Positions 17,833 through 28,965 of a DNA stretch of 64,000 nucleotides are shown in pieces. A model generated the notes under the pieces. It saw only the letters and a list, made by a program, of their open reading frames with translations, ran no database searches and had not been told where the DNA came from. Location of the stretch: NCBI GenBank assembly GCA_027034975.1, contig JALVWQ010000051.1, forward strand, positions 7,321-71,320, given 5' to 3'. The position numbers and the translations under genes are program-made. Origin of the DNA: Campylobacteraceae bacterium (GTDB lineage Bacteria; Campylobacterota; Campylobacteria; Campylobacterales; Sulfurovaceae). How positions within the stretch are numbered: the stretch's first letter is position 1; each line of letters starts with the position of its first letter.

Positions 17833-19350
17833 TTGCACTTGTTCATTCAAAGATTGGTTTTCATTTTAGTTTTGCTCTACTCTTTTGGGTGGAGTCTTAC
17901 ACTCTCACAGCTGCAAAATATGCCAAGATCGGTTGAGAGAGACTTCTATATTTGGCAATACCTACTGCAAAATAACACGAGTAGAAACGATGCTATAGCT
18001 GCGGCAAAACTTGTCTATCGGATCAACTCTAAATTAGATAAAGCTCTCTATATAAAAAGTGGACTCCACTTTAAGAAGAGAAAAAAAGATACTCCACAGA
18101 AAAAAATAGCCTACTATAGAGATTTAATAAATAAACTCCATAAAAAAGGAGATTTTTTTAATGCTTGGTTACAACTTAGCGATAAAGATAAGCTAGCAGT
18201 TTTTAATCTAGCAGGTACAGCAAATAGAAAGTTACTTAATAAAAAGTTAGACAAAGAGCTCTACCAAAGATTAACAAAGTATCACTCTATCAATGAATTT
18301 CTCTTTCGTATAAATAAAGAGCACTTAAAGAATTTACAAAATATTTCACTAACGACCCCTCCTGTTAGAGGTAATAGAATTACCTACAATAACTTGTTAA
18401 AATTGGGATTTGATAGTATCAAGAGAAGAAACGATAGCTTGGCTGCTCAATTTTTTAAGAGTGCAATTTGGAAAGCGAGTGAAAGATTCTATAAAGATAA
18501 AGCAATCTTTTGGTACTACATGACAAGCAAAGATGGAAAATATCTTAAATACCTTGCTAAAAGTGTAGATTTTAATATCTATAAATTGATCGCATTAGAT
18601 CTTTTAGGACTCCCCTACCCACATCCAGCTAATGCACCTATAGATATGAGCAGAAAATCCCCTATTAAAGTTGACGACCCAATCGCTTGGGCACGACTAA
18701 AGCAAAAGATCTTTTCTCGAAAGACAAATCTCTATCAACTAGCAAAAAAGTATAACAGCAAAGAGAGTGCAGCTTACTACTACTACATTTTAAACAAAGC
18801 CTCTAAAGATACTAAGCAGTACTTTCCCCTACTCTATAGAGAGCTTTTGAGTAACTATTCGATTGAGAGACAAGCACTTATTTTGGCACTTGCAAGACAG
18901 GAGAGTCGCTTTATACCTGCATCTGTTTCAAGATCGTTTGCACTAGGGATGATGCAGTTTATGCCATTTCTTATTCGCCACATAGCAAAAAAGAGGGGTG
19001 AAGCTGTAAGTTACACAGATATCTTCAACCCTAAAAGAGCCATTCGATTTGCAAACGATCACTTAAATTATCTCAATAAATATCTCCACCATCCACTCTT
19101 TGTTGCCTATGCCTATAATGCTGGGATTGGATATACAAGAAGAATGTTACGCAAAAATCTCTTTAGAGGTAACGGCAAATATGAGCCCTACTTAAGCCTT
19201 GAAATGGTAGATAACGAACAAGCAAACCACTACGGAAAGAAAGTCTTAGCCAATTATGTAATCTACAGAATGCTCCTAGGGAGTCCTGTTAGAGTTTCGA
19301 CACTTCTCAAACAGTTAGATAAGCCAGAACTTACCGATAAGTTCCGCTAA
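17833..19350 (+). CDS. slt: Soluble lytic murein transglycosylase (Slt family)
   Basis: C-terminal SLT domain with catalytic ARQESRF and GMMQFMP, AYNAG motifs. N-terminal signal and superhelical region. Confidence 0.85.
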   Translation: MHLFIQRLVFILVLLYSFGWSLTLSQLQNMPRSVERDFYIWQYLLQNNTSRNDAIAAAKLVYRINSKLDKALYIKSGLHFKKRKKDTPQKKIAYYRDLINKLHKKGDFFNAWLQLSDKDKLAVFNLAGTANRKLLNKKLDKELYQRLTKYHSINEFLFRINKEHLKNLQNISLTTPPVRGNRITYNNLLKLGFDSIKRRNDSLAAQFFKSAIWKASERFYKDKAIFWYYMTSKDGKYLKYLAKSVDFNIYKLIALDLLGLPYPHPANAPIDMSRKSPIKVDDPIAWARLKQKIFSRKTNLYQLAKKYNSKESAAYYYYILNKASKDTKQYFPLLYRELLSNYSIERQALILALARQESRFIPASVSRSFALGMMQFMPFLIRHIAKKRGEAVSYTDIFNPKRAIRFANDHLNYLNKYLHHPLFVAYAYNAGIGYTRRMLRKNLFRGNGKYEPYLSLEMVDNEQANHYGKKVLANYVIYRMLLGSPVRVSTLLKQLDKPELTDKFR

Positions 19351-19730
19351 TAAACCTTTACTGTTTTCTTAATAATCGAGCCATCGCTGAGTTTACACTC
19401 GATTTTTGCTTTTTTCACTACTTTATCAAGTGTGATTATATAGTTGTTATCCCAATCTTTACTACTATCTTCAGTTACAGCAACTGCTTTTTTATTAACG
19501 CTACATGCAACTATCTTATTCTCACTTAAGCGATCTTTATTGATTAATTGAATCTCAATCTGATTACCGCTCAAAGTAAAATAGACAATCTCTTTATCAT
19601 CTATCAAATAGGCACTATTTGAAAAATCATTAAACTCTTTTGCATTTGCCTCTAGATTTTCCAAGCTTGCATTTTTAGATGTGCATGCAGTAAAAAGAGG
19701 GATAAGAATCATTAAGTGGTAATATTTCAT
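19347..19730 (-). CDS. Lipoprotein, hypothetical
   Basis: MKYYHLMILIPLFTAC-TSKN lipobox; 127 aa. Convergent 4-nt overlap with slt. Confidence 0.6.
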   Translation of the reverse strand: MKYYHLMILIPLFTACTSKNASLENLEANAKEFNDFSNSAYLIDDKEIVYFTLSGNQIEIQLINKDRLSENKIVACSVNKKAVAVTEDSSKDWDNNYIITLDKVVKKAKIECKLSDGSIIKKTVKVY

Positions 19731-19843
19731 ACTATCTCCATTATTATTTTATCTATCTTAGAGGGTATTAAGAAAGTACAATATACCTCTCTATTGTAAT
19801 AGATAAATTATAGTATAATTTTACTAAAGAGCACCTCTATAAA

Positions 19844-20365
19844 ATGTTCTTAAAGGAAAAGAGTGTGAAACAGTTAGCAATCGCAATAACAGGTCCATCA
19901 GGGAGTGGCAAAACAACGCTTATAGAGAAACTTGCAATAGAGTTAGTTAAAAAATATAAAGTTGCAATTATTAAGCATGATCCAAAAGATAAAGCAATTT
20001 TTGATAATCCAGCAAAAGATAGTGGTCGCTTTTTTCAAACTGGAGCAGATGTTGCTGTTGTATCCGATAGACGAACAACACTCTTTAAACACCAAAGCTC
20101 TACACTCGATGAGCTAGTAACGCAGCTCTCTCCTTTTGATCTTTTAATTGTAGAGGGGTTGAAAACTTGGGATCTTCCTCGTATTGCAGTCTTTCGTAAC
20201 GAAATTGAAGAGAGTTACCTTCCCTATGTTTCGGCTATAGCAGTTGATTGTTCTATTTCACAAGAGAAGTTAGCAAAGCTTGATAAAGTTGTTTTAGATT
20301 TAAACAATACCAAAGAGATAATAGATTATATTTTTAAGATTGCAAAAGAGATAAAAGGGGCATAA
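19844..20365 (+). CDS. mobB: Molybdopterin-guanine dinucleotide biosynthesis adapter protein MobB
   Basis: [21 protein letters not shown]-loop and IIKHD motif. The start may be GTG 19865. Confidence 0.85.
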   Translation: MFLKEKSVKQLAIAITGPSGSGKTTLIEKLAIELVKKYKVAIIKHDPKDKAIFDNPAKDSGRFFQTGADVAVVSDRRTTLFKHQSSTLDELVTQLSPFDLLIVEGLKTWDLPRIAVFRNEIEESYLPYVSAIAVDCSISQEKLAKLDKVVLDLNNTKEIIDYIFKIAKEIKGA

Positions 20366-21216
20366 TGGAAGCAATATTTAGCAAACTAGAAGAGATTGCA
20401 CTCAAAATAGATAACTTAATAAAAAATGGCGAGACCGGTTATAGCAAAAATTGCAATGCTACAGGTGACCAACAGCTAAAACTCGACATTCAAAGCGATG
20501 CGATTATAGAAGAGGAGTTAAAAAAACTCTCAAGCGTACACTCTATTATTAGCGAAGAGAAAGAGGATATTGTCGCAATTAATCCAGATGGAGAGTATAC
20601 CATCTGCTACGATCCACTCGATGGCTCTAGTATTGTAGACTATAACCTCTCAGTTGGGTCAATTTTTGGTATCTACAAAGGTGGGCTCAATGGTGAAAAT
20701 ATTGTTGCCTCTTACTATATAGTCTATGGCCCTCGTGTTGAGATTGTAAAGACAATAAAGGGCAAAAAACCAGAACACTTCCGTCTTTTAAATGGAAGTT
20801 TTCTAAAGATTGCAGATATCTCTATGGATGAGAAAGGAAAGCTCAATGCTCCAGGCTCTACACAGAAGAATTGGTATCCACACCATAAAGCCCTTATAGA
20901 GTCACTCTTTCAAGAGGGGTATCGTTTGCGTTATAGTGGTGGAATGGTGCCAGATCTCCACCAAATCCTATTAAAAGGTGGTGGGCTCTTTAGTTACCCA
21001 GGAACTACCGATAAACCAAAAGGGAAACTAAGAGATCTCTTTGAGGTTATCCCATTTGCTCTTGCTTTTATCGAAGCAGGTGGCTATGCTATTGATGATA
21101 AGGGCAAAAGTCTATTGGAGTTAACTCCAGAACATCCGCACGATACTTCTCCATGCTTTTTTGGATCTCGTTATGAGATAGAGAAGGTAAAAGAGGCATA
21201 CAACAATGAGCAGTAA
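20365..21216 (+). CDS. fbp: Fructose-1,6-bisphosphatase class 1
   Basis: SEEKEDIV..., [29 protein letters not shown] motifs; 283 aa. Confidence 0.85.
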   Translation: MEAIFSKLEEIALKIDNLIKNGETGYSKNCNATGDQQLKLDIQSDAIIEEELKKLSSVHSIISEEKEDIVAINPDGEYTICYDPLDGSSIVDYNLSVGSIFGIYKGGLNGENIVASYYIVYGPRVEIVKTIKGKKPEHFRLLNGSFLKIADISMDEKGKLNAPGSTQKNWYPHHKALIESLFQEGYRLRYSGGMVPDLHQILLKGGGLFSYPGTTDKPKGKLRDLFEVIPFALAFIEAGGYAIDDKGKSLLELTPEHPHDTSPCFFGSRYEIEKVKEAYNNEQ

Positions 21217-21412
21217 TCCACAAAAAGAGAGAGACCAATGGGAGAAAGCACTCGATGCGAAGCTTTTAGAGCTTCAGGCGTGCCAAAAAGAGCAGAATTT
21301 ACAAAGCTGCTTCCCTTGCGATAAGCTCTTAGAGTGTCAATTAAGAGCCTCTTATGTTAAAGCTGTCTACGAGAGTATGAACAAAGGCAGCGGCGGTGGA
21401 TTTGAATTTTAA
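21206..21412 (+). CDS. Small Cys-containing hypothetical protein (68 aa)
   Basis: ORF overlaps the fbp end by 11 nt and contains C-x9-C-x2-C-x5-C ([19 protein letters not shown]). No family recognised. Confidence 0.5.
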   Translation: MSSNPQKERDQWEKALDAKLLELQACQKEQNLQSCFPCDKLLECQLRASYVKAVYESMNKGSGGGFEF

Positions 21413-21426
21413 ATCGAGGAGAGATA

Positions 21427-21963
21427 ATGGATAGTAATACATTAGCACTAATAAAAGACTCTATTCGAGTAATACCAGACTTCCCAAAACCTGGAATTAA
21501 CTTTAAAGATATTACCACACTTTTGAATAACCCTACTGCTTATAAAGCTTTAATAGAGCACTTGGTAGAGCGGTATAAAAGTTATAATCTCGACTTTATT
21601 GCCGGAATCGATGCACGAGGATTTATCTTTGGTGCGGCTCTCGCTTCGCATCTTGGGATTGGATTTGTGCCAATTCGCAAAAAAGGGAAGCTTCCATATA
21701 CAACTGTTTCAGAGAAATACTCTTTAGAGTATGGCTATGATGAAGTAGAGGTACATATTGATGCCTTTGCCCAAAAAGAGAGTGCTAAGGTGCTCTTAAT
21801 TGATGACCTTTTAGCAACTGGCGGTACTGCATCTGCAGCGGCTAGATTGATTGAGAGAGTTGGTGCTGAGTGTGTAGAGGCTTGCTTTATTATCGAGTTA
21901 GCTTTCTTGAATGGAAAAGAGAAGCTCGATGTACCAATATACTCTGTAATACAAGAGGTTTAA
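21427..21963 (+). CDS. apt: Adenine phosphoribosyltransferase
   Basis: [13 protein letters not shown] and the PRPP-binding [14 protein letters not shown] motif. Confidence 0.9.
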   Translation: MDSNTLALIKDSIRVIPDFPKPGINFKDITTLLNNPTAYKALIEHLVERYKSYNLDFIAGIDARGFIFGAALASHLGIGFVPIRKKGKLPYTTVSEKYSLEYGYDEVEVHIDAFAQKESAKVLLIDDLLATGGTASAAARLIERVGAECVEACFIIELAFLNGKEKLDVPIYSVIQEV

Positions 21964-21968
21964 CCTCT

Positions 21969-22778
21969 TTATACTTTTAGTAGCACTTTATCGAGCCACG
22001 CACTACTTAAAATCCGTTTTGCAAAGCCTAAAATATAGGTTGCTTTTGTTATATAGTAGCGTGGTTTTGGCTTATCAGTTAAAATTATTTTATGCACCAC
22101 CTCTGCAACTGAAGATGCCGGTAGTGAAAATGGTACTTTTTTTGCGTTTCCACTCTTTGCTCTTTCGTAATACTCTTTATAGTTTGATTGAGTGTAATCG
22201 ATTGCATCAAGTGTGGCAATTGCATTCTTTCTAAACTTGCTCGCTACAGGCCCTGTATTTAGTAATACAGGATAGATATCTGTTCCTACAAGCTCTAATC
22301 GTAGAGTATCGGTTAAACCCTCTATGGCATATTTACTTGCATTATAGACACCCCTAAATGGTAGAGCAACTATACCCAAAACTGAACTATGCTGAATAAT
22401 CTTTCCATAGCCCTGCTCTCTCATCACTTTAAGCACCTCTCTAGTAGCCTCGTGAAGTCCAAAAACATTTGTCTCAAACTGTTTACGCACTAGATCTGTT
22501 TCGATATCCTCTAGTGCACCAATTTGTCCATAGCCTGCATTATTAAACCACACATCAATCTTGCCATCTTTCTCTAGAACATAGGCAATAACATCTTGAA
22601 TACTCTGATAGTCGCAGACATCTAAATATTGTGCATCTTCAAAGCCAAGCTCTTTTAACTTTGCGACATCTTCTAATTTTCTAGCAGTAGGATAGACCTT
22701 TACCATTCGCTCTTTAAGATAGAGTGCTGTCTCTAACCCAATTCCACTACTACACCCTGTAATTACAATATTTATCAC
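21969..22778 (-). CDS. Short-chain dehydrogenase/reductase (SDR) family oxidoreductase
   Basis: ITGCSSGIG, NNAG, YNASKYAIE catalytic signature. Confidence 0.85.
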   Translation of the reverse strand: MINIVITGCSSGIGLETALYLKERMVKVYPTARKLEDVAKLKELGFEDAQYLDVCDYQSIQDVIAYVLEKDGKIDVWFNNAGYGQIGALEDIETDLVRKQFETNVFGLHEATREVLKVMREQGYGKIIQHSSVLGIVALPFRGVYNASKYAIEGLTDTLRLELVGTDIYPVLLNTGPVASKFRKNAIATLDAIDYTQSNYKEYYERAKSGNAKKVPFSLPASSVAEVVHKIILTDKPKPRYYITKATYILGFAKRILSSAWLDKVLLKV

Positions 22779-23296
22779 TATTTACTCCTCAATAGATGGT
22801 TAGCATCTTTTATAAAATAAGTTACTGCATACTTTTCAAAAAACTCTTTAGCAGCTTCTGCATCTATAATTTTATCCTTCTCTCCAAGAACAACTTCTAT
22901 TGAAATCCCTCGTTGCTCTAATCTCTTCAACTTTTCCCCATTCCACTGATAGTAGAGCAACTCCTCTAAATCTTTAGCTGGTGGAGATGGCATAATATAC
23001 TTTTCTAACGAAATATCACTTCCTGATGCTATATTTTGCAGAAAGTTCTCTCTATACTTTTGGGGATCTTTCTTGTAATAGAGTAGTTGCATCTTCTTAA
23101 AAGCCTCACTTTTATTATTAAAGTAAGCTGGTGAGAGAAGTAGCAATCTATCGACTCTTCTATCTGTTTTGAGAAGGTACTCTACTGCCTTTATCGCACC
23201 ATAGCTAAAGCCAACAACACTATATTGACTCTTCGGCAACCAAAACGCAAATAGTTCCGCTTCATTTTGAAGCGAAAACCCACTAAAGTAGTGCAT
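22778..23296 (-). CDS. Small alpha/beta-hydrolase, possibly pimeloyl-ACP methyl ester esterase (BioV/BioG-like)
   Basis: GFSYGA nucleophile elbow (GxSxG), 172 aa. Sits next to the ftsH-like/mtaB pair, as I recall for H. pylori bioV. The functional call rests on position and recollection only. Confidence 0.45.
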   Translation of the reverse strand: MHYFSGFSLQNEAELFAFWLPKSQYSVVGFSYGAIKAVEYLLKTDRRVDRLLLLSPAYFNNKSEAFKKMQLLYYKKDPQKYRENFLQNIASGSDISLEKYIMPSPPAKDLEELLYYQWNGEKLKRLEQRGISIEVVLGEKDKIIDAEAAKEFFEKYAVTYFIKDANHLLRSK

Positions 23297-24926
23297 TCAA
23301 CTCCTCTTTTATATACTCTCGTGTTACTACCTCTTTACTATTTAACTCCTGAGAGATTCGCTTTATTACAACAACAAGTGTTACTAAGAGCGAGTTTACC
23401 TCTTCTTGAATCTCTTTAACTAAACTGCTCTGATTTGTCGACTCAAGCATACTATAGTTACTAATAATATTTTGAGTAATATCAAGTACTACTTTTCTAT
23501 CATCAATGGCAATATTAAAGCTCTCATTATACTTTTGCGATAGATAGACAATCCCTGCCATATAGACCTTTGCACTATTGAGCAGATCACTCTTAGAGAG
23601 TAGCAACCTATCGCTACTAAGTGTAAATGGCTGAGAGAGGTGCACTTTCATAAAGTCAAAACCAAGCCATGTTGCTACTGTAGCCTTGGCTGCTTGGTAA
23701 TCTGCCTCTATCTCTCTCTCCTGTTTAGAGAGTATTGCAACCCGTTTTTTACCATAGATTACTCTATCTTTGACAGTATAAATATCATCTATAGTTATTT
23801 CACTCTTTCGCGTTCGTAAACAGTGAAGAGCCGCTTCATTAATAAGTGTCTCTATTGCTGCTGGGCTAAAACCTGCAGTAAGTTTTGCAACCTCAGTAAT
23901 ATCGAGAGAGTGCTGCTTATTCTTTAAATAGAGTGTAATAATCTTTTTCCTCTCTTCGATATCTGGTAGTGTAATAAAGATTCGTCTATCAAATCTCCCA
24001 GGTCTTAAGAGGGCACTATCTAAGACATCTATTCTATTTGTAGCTGCAATTACTACCACACCACTATTATTGCTAAAGCCATCCATCTCTACTAAAAGCT
24101 GATTGAGTGTTGCTTCTCTTTCGTTACTATCAAGACTATTTCTATTTTTTCCGACTGAGTCTATCTCGTCTATAAAGATAATACTTGGAGCCATCTCTTT
24201 GGCTTTTGTAAAGAGCTCTTTTACTCTTTTGGCACCCATACCAGCATAGATATGGACAAAACTCGATCCACTATGGTAGAAAAAAGGAACCTCTGCTTCT
24301 GAAGAGATAGCTTTTGCAATAAGTGTCTTTCCTACTCCTGGAGGTCCAATAAGTAAAACCCCCTTAGGCATACGCACACCAAACTTCTTATACTTATATG
24401 GATACTTTAAAAAAGAGATAATCTCCTCCAAATCCTCTTTAATATCTTGAATTCCTGCTATAGATTTAAAGTTAATATCATCAGTAAATTCTGGTTTTAT
24501 CTCATGGTTAAGCTCGAGACTCTCTTTTGCCATTCGTGCATGACTTAATCCTGTGGTTCTCTCGAAACTTTTTCGAAGTATCATTATTAACACAACAAAG
24601 ATTGCTAAAAGTATAAAAATGGCAATAGAGATAAGTATATTCCCATTTTTACTATAGATCGCTACTGGATATTCTGCTTGAATTTTACTGATATTAACTG
24701 CACTTTTAGGTGTCTTATAGGTAGCTCTCTCAGTTACAGCAGTTATATATTTATCGCGAATATATATCTCATTAACTTTTTGATTCTCTAAGACTTTTGT
24801 AAACTTTTTCCCACTCACAAAGAGCGTATTACTACTACTCTTGAGTGATATATAAAAAATAAGTGAAACTGCTATAAGAATAGATACGATAATAATCGGT
24901 TTTGCTTTTTTATTCAAGCGTAGCAT
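23283..24926 (-). CDS. FtsH-like AAA+ ATPase lacking the zinc-protease HExxH motif
   Basis: Walker A GPPGVGKT, Walker [31 protein letters not shown]. The position of HEAGHA reads [10 protein letters not shown]. Confidence 0.85.
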   Translation of the reverse strand: MLRLNKKAKPIIIVSILIAVSLIFYISLKSSSNTLFVSGKKFTKVLENQKVNEIYIRDKYITAVTERATYKTPKSAVNISKIQAEYPVAIYSKNGNILISIAIFILLAIFVVLIMILRKSFERTTGLSHARMAKESLELNHEIKPEFTDDINFKSIAGIQDIKEDLEEIISFLKYPYKYKKFGVRMPKGVLLIGPPGVGKTLIAKAISSEAEVPFFYHSGSSFVHIYAGMGAKRVKELFTKAKEMAPSIIFIDEIDSVGKNRNSLDSNEREATLNQLLVEMDGFSNNSGVVVIAATNRIDVLDSALLRPGRFDRRIFITLPDIEERKKIITLYLKNKQHSLDITEVAKLTAGFSPAAIETLINEAALHCLRTRKSEITIDDIYTVKDRVIYGKKRVAILSKQEREIEADYQAAKATVATWLGFDFMKVHLSQPFTLSSDRLLLSKSDLLNSAKVYMAGIVYLSQKYNESFNIAIDDRKVVLDITQNIISNYSMLESTNQSSLVKEIQEEVNSLLVTLVVVIKRISQELNSKEVVTREYIKEELNALL

Positions 24927-26163
24927 AATTGCCCCTCTCCTCTACTTCACTCTTCTCTAAGAATATCCAATTATGCTTAAGATCTCTACTACTCTTTACA
25001 AACACTTGATTGTAGTATTGGTCATACCCCCTATAGAGTCCATCTCTCTCATTCTCTACAAGCACGGTTAAATTGTTGCTATGCTCTCTTCTAAACTCTA
25101 AATTCTTCTCTTTCACAAGGGCTGTTAACTCTCTGTGTCGCTCTTTTGCAATTTTACCATTGATTCGCTCTTTAATTAAAGCTGATGGCGTATTGTCTCT
25201 AGGAGAGTAGGTAAAGGCGTGCATATGTGTAAGAGGAAGCTCTTTTACTCTCTCTATCGCCTCTTTCCATAGTGCATCGCTCTCACCAGGATGCCCTACT
25301 ATAAAGTCGGTTCCAAGTGCATAACCATAAGATGCTATCTTCTCAAAGAGCTTCAAGTCTTCTCTATAACGATTGCGTCTATTCATATAAAGCAACATCT
25401 TATCTGCAGTATGTTGCAAGGCTATATGGAGATGGCGTGCCATAAATGGCTCGTTAAGAAGCTCCATAAACTCATCATCTATCTGTAATGGCTCTAAGCT
25501 TCCAATACGAACTCTCCGTACTCCTCGAATCATTGAGAGCTCTTTTATTAATTTTGCAATAGATAAGCCTCTATCTTTTCCATAGCTCCCTACATTTGTA
25601 CCTGTTAAGATAAATTCTCCAAAACCATTAGCAGCTAAAACCCTTACTTGCTCTTTAATCTGCTCAAGTGGTAAAGAGCGTGCATTCCCACGAACATATG
25701 GGATTATACAGTAGCTACAACGAAAGTCACACCCCTCTTGCACCTTAATAAATGCCCTACTCTTGCCTAAAAACTCTGTTACTACACTACTATCGATATG
25801 GTCAAGATCACCAATCTCATAAAAACGGTTATTACTCTTTAAAAGAGTATTAATATTCTCTTTCTCAGAGTGTCCTAAAACACCAAAGAGATCCCCTTTT
25901 TCAAAGAGCTCCTCGCCTTTTGAGTGGGCTCCGCAACCTGCTAAAATTACCTTTCCTTCTCTATTCTTTCTCTTTACACTATTTATATAGCCTCGAACAG
26001 AGCTATCGGCACCATTTGTAACAGTACATGAGTTTACAACGACAATATCTGCTTCACTCTCATCTTGCGTTAACTCAAAATCATTCAGTTTGCTTATCAT
26101 TATCTGGGTGTCAAACTGGTTTGTTCTACAGCCAAATGTCTTAAAATATACCTTTTTACTCAA
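24910..26163 (-). CDS. mtaB: Radical-SAM methylthiotransferase, MtaB/MiaB family
   Basis: N-terminal FGCRTNQFD, radical SAM CDFRCSYCIIP, C-terminal TRAM-like region. Confidence 0.85.
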   Translation of the reverse strand: MSKKVYFKTFGCRTNQFDTQIMISKLNDFELTQDESEADIVVVNSCTVTNGADSSVRGYINSVKRKNREGKVILAGCGAHSKGEELFEKGDLFGVLGHSEKENINTLLKSNNRFYEIGDLDHIDSSVVTEFLGKSRAFIKVQEGCDFRCSYCIIPYVRGNARSLPLEQIKEQVRVLAANGFGEFILTGTNVGSYGKDRGLSIAKLIKELSMIRGVRRVRIGSLEPLQIDDEFMELLNEPFMARHLHIALQHTADKMLLYMNRRNRYREDLKLFEKIASYGYALGTDFIVGHPGESDALWKEAIERVKELPLTHMHAFTYSPRDNTPSALIKERINGKIAKERHRELTALVKEKNLEFRREHSNNLTVLVENERDGLYRGYDQYYNQVFVKSSRDLKHNWIFLEKSEVEERGNYATLE

Positions 26164-26214
26164 AAAAATAACTCCTTAGGAAATAGGGCAATATTCTAGC
26201 ATATTTATCGCACA

Positions 26215-27846
26215 CTATGACAAATTATTCTCAATAGACTTCTCTAGCTCTTTAATGGGCTTTGGAATAGTTCGATCTACATAGAGCGACTGTGTTGGGT
26301 AAGCTATCTTTATATCATCTTCTTGCTGAATCTCTTCTATAATTTTCGTAGATATAGTGCCTCTTAAAGTCAAAGTTGCATAGGCATTTGTTAAATACCA
26401 AACACTTATTTTCATACCATACCCCTCAATAAAGGCAAAGACGCGTGGCTCAACATTGGTATTTTTTAACTGATATTTACTTCTAAGCTTATTAAGCTGC
26501 TTTCTCGTAATATCTGTATACCCTTTAGAGTACTGCTTCGCAATATTTTTAGCTATTGTTGTAGCTTTTGTAATATTAGAGTCAAATGTAATATAGAAAT
26601 CTATTCCATCCCATACTGTCTTTAAACCTGAGTGGGAATAGTTTGCAACCATATCGGTAAAAATATAGTTATTGGGAATAAAAATAATTCTTCCTGCCCT
26701 TCTGTTGTGCATATATGTTGTTAAGGTTACATCCTCTTGAATTGTCATTCTAAGTAGTGAGATATCGACTATATCACCAACATACTCAACATTGCCACGA
26801 ACAAATTTAACCCTATCGCCAACATGAACCGCTCCACCTAAAACAATTACAAACCACCCCATTAGCGACATAAACCAATCTTTCATCGCAATTGCAATAC
26901 CAGCAGAGGCAAATCCTAAAATAGTTATAAGATAACTTACATTCTCTAAATAGGCAAAAAGTATAACTAAAATTAAAATTGTAATAAATGTAATATTGAT
27001 AACCTTATTTATTGTATAAAAGCTATCTTTATTAGAGAAGTACTTACGCGTCAAATATTTTAAAAAGAGATATAAAATTAAAAAGAATCCAACAATAATG
27101 CCAATATAAACTACCTTTTGTAGTTCTTGCTTTATCCCCTTTTCAATGCTGATTTTTATCTCATCAGCTTTTTTTAGATATACCTTTTTAGTTGTTGTGA
27201 AAATATCTTGAATTGTTTGTAGATAACTAATCTCCTCTCTTAACTCTTTTAGTTTACTCTCCAACTGCGTATTATTTGTATCTACTATTACTTCAGCCAC
27301 TACTCTCTCTTCATTTTTTAATTTATTAATAGTTTCATTTAATGTTTTATATTTATTAATATATAAGTCACTTCTATTTTTTAACTCTTTTAAGTACGAG
27401 AGTCCACCAATAATTGCAAATGGGTTGCTTATTTTTGGTGCATCACTCAAAAGAGGAGGTGCAATTAACTTTTTAAATGGATCTTTTTCAAAATCTTTAA
27501 TTAAATTTATTTTATCATTAATAACAGAGAGCTCTTTTTTAAACTTCTCTACTCTATTCTCTTGCATCTTGGTGAGGGAACGAAGAGATTTATACTTTTT
27601 GATTTTAGCTTCAAGTTCTCTTTCCCTATTCAATAAAGACTTATGGGTAATATAGGCACTATATGTTTTTGTCCACTCGTTATCTAAACTTTTGTCTTTT
27701 TCAATCATCTCTAACTTTTTACTGACAACTTCTGTTGCAACACTCACTTTTTGACTACTATTAACCTCACTACTATTTTTATCTCCTGCATAAAGAGCAA
27801 TAGAAAATAGTAGCATCAATAGCAAAAAGCATCTTCTCATTTTCAA
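26215..27846 (-). CDS. Mechanosensitive channel (MscS family) with a long N-terminal coiled-coil periplasmic domain
   Basis: Signal peptide, K/E-rich coiled-coil stretch, TM helices, then MscS beta-domain (VHVGDRVKF...GDIVDISLLRMTIQ). Confidence 0.8.
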   Translation of the reverse strand: MKMRRCFLLLMLLFSIALYAGDKNSSEVNSSQKVSVATEVVSKKLEMIEKDKSLDNEWTKTYSAYITHKSLLNRERELEAKIKKYKSLRSLTKMQENRVEKFKKELSVINDKINLIKDFEKDPFKKLIAPPLLSDAPKISNPFAIIGGLSYLKELKNRSDLYINKYKTLNETINKLKNEERVVAEVIVDTNNTQLESKLKELREEISYLQTIQDIFTTTKKVYLKKADEIKISIEKGIKQELQKVVYIGIIVGFFLILYLFLKYLTRKYFSNKDSFYTINKVINITFITILILVILFAYLENVSYLITILGFASAGIAIAMKDWFMSLMGWFVIVLGGAVHVGDRVKFVRGNVEYVGDIVDISLLRMTIQEDVTLTTYMHNRRAGRIIFIPNNYIFTDMVANYSHSGLKTVWDGIDFYITFDSNITKATTIAKNIAKQYSKGYTDITRKQLNKLRSKYQLKNTNVEPRVFAFIEGYGMKISVWYLTNAYATLTLRGTISTKIIEEIQQEDDIKIAYPTQSLYVDRTIPKPIKELEKSIENNLS

Positions 27847-28892
27847 CCCTTAAACTTTTCTAATACTTCAATAACAATCTCTTTAGGGATATCTTTACGA
27901 ATTATATTTGTCCCAATTTTACCATTTGGCAAGATAAAGGCAATATTCCCTTGGGAACTCTTTTTATCTAAGTAGAAGTGCTCATAGAAATCCTCTATAG
28001 ACTCTATAGCAAATGAAGTAGGTAGATTATTTTTCTCTAATAAAGTTTTAACCTCATCAGCTTCTGTTCGACTTAAGAGCCCTAATTTAACTGCAAGCTC
28101 ATTTGCCATGACCATACCAATTGCAACTGCCTCTCCATGGAGATATCTACTATAATTTGTTAAATTCTCAATGACATGTCCAAAAGTATGCCCATAATTT
28201 AATACGGCTCGAACCCCTGACTCTTTCTCATCTTGATTCACCACATTAGCTTTAAGCTCTACCGATTTTGCAATTAACTCTACAACATTTTTTGGCTTGC
28301 TAAGATCACTCTCTTGAATAGAGTTATAAAACTCTCTATCGAACATTATAGCCATTTTAATAGCCTCTGCAACTCCTGCGGCAAACTCTCTTTTTGGAAG
28401 TGTTTCTAAAAACTCAGGATCGATATATACCGCTTTAGGCTGGTAGAATGCCCCAATAAGATTTTTACCATATCTATTATTTACACCAGTTTTGCCCCCA
28501 ACACTTGCATCTACTTGTGCTAAAAGAGTTGTTGGCATCTGAATAAAATCGATCCCTCTTTGATACATGGAAGCAGTAAATCCAGTCATATCACCAATTA
28601 CTCCACCGCCAAGAGCTATAAGAGTAGATTTTCTATCAAATTTTGCCTGAAAAAGTTTATCGAGTATAAACAATACGGTATCGATACTCTTATACTCTTC
28701 GCCATCTGGGACCTCTATTATCTCTAAAGATGGTGCTTTAATCTTTTTTGCAACACTCCCTAAATGGTACTTCGCAACCGTTGGGTTTGTAACAATCGCC
28801 ACTCTGTTATTAAACTCTAATTGTGGCAATTTATCAATATAAATATTATAACTTACACTCTCTGGTTGGCATATTTCTATTGGAATTATCAT
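27843..28892 (-). CDS. aroB: 3-dehydroquinate synthase
   Basis: GGGVIGDMTGFTAS, GKNLIGAFYQP, NYGHTFGHVIE motifs. Confidence 0.9.
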   Translation of the reverse strand: MIIPIEICQPESVSYNIYIDKLPQLEFNNRVAIVTNPTVAKYHLGSVAKKIKAPSLEIIEVPDGEEYKSIDTVLFILDKLFQAKFDRKSTLIALGGGVIGDMTGFTASMYQRGIDFIQMPTTLLAQVDASVGGKTGVNNRYGKNLIGAFYQPKAVYIDPEFLETLPKREFAAGVAEAIKMAIMFDREFYNSIQESDLSKPKNVVELIAKSVELKANVVNQDEKESGVRAVLNYGHTFGHVIENLTNYSRYLHGEAVAIGMVMANELAVKLGLLSRTEADEVKTLLEKNNLPTSFAIESIEDFYEHFYLDKKSSQGNIAFILPNGKIGTNIIRKDIPKEIVIEVLEKFKG

Positions 28893-28965
28893 CTATCTTC
28901 ACCTAAATATTGTTTCTATAATAATACATAAAAAAATATTAGAGATAGCCCCAAACTAAGAGCCT

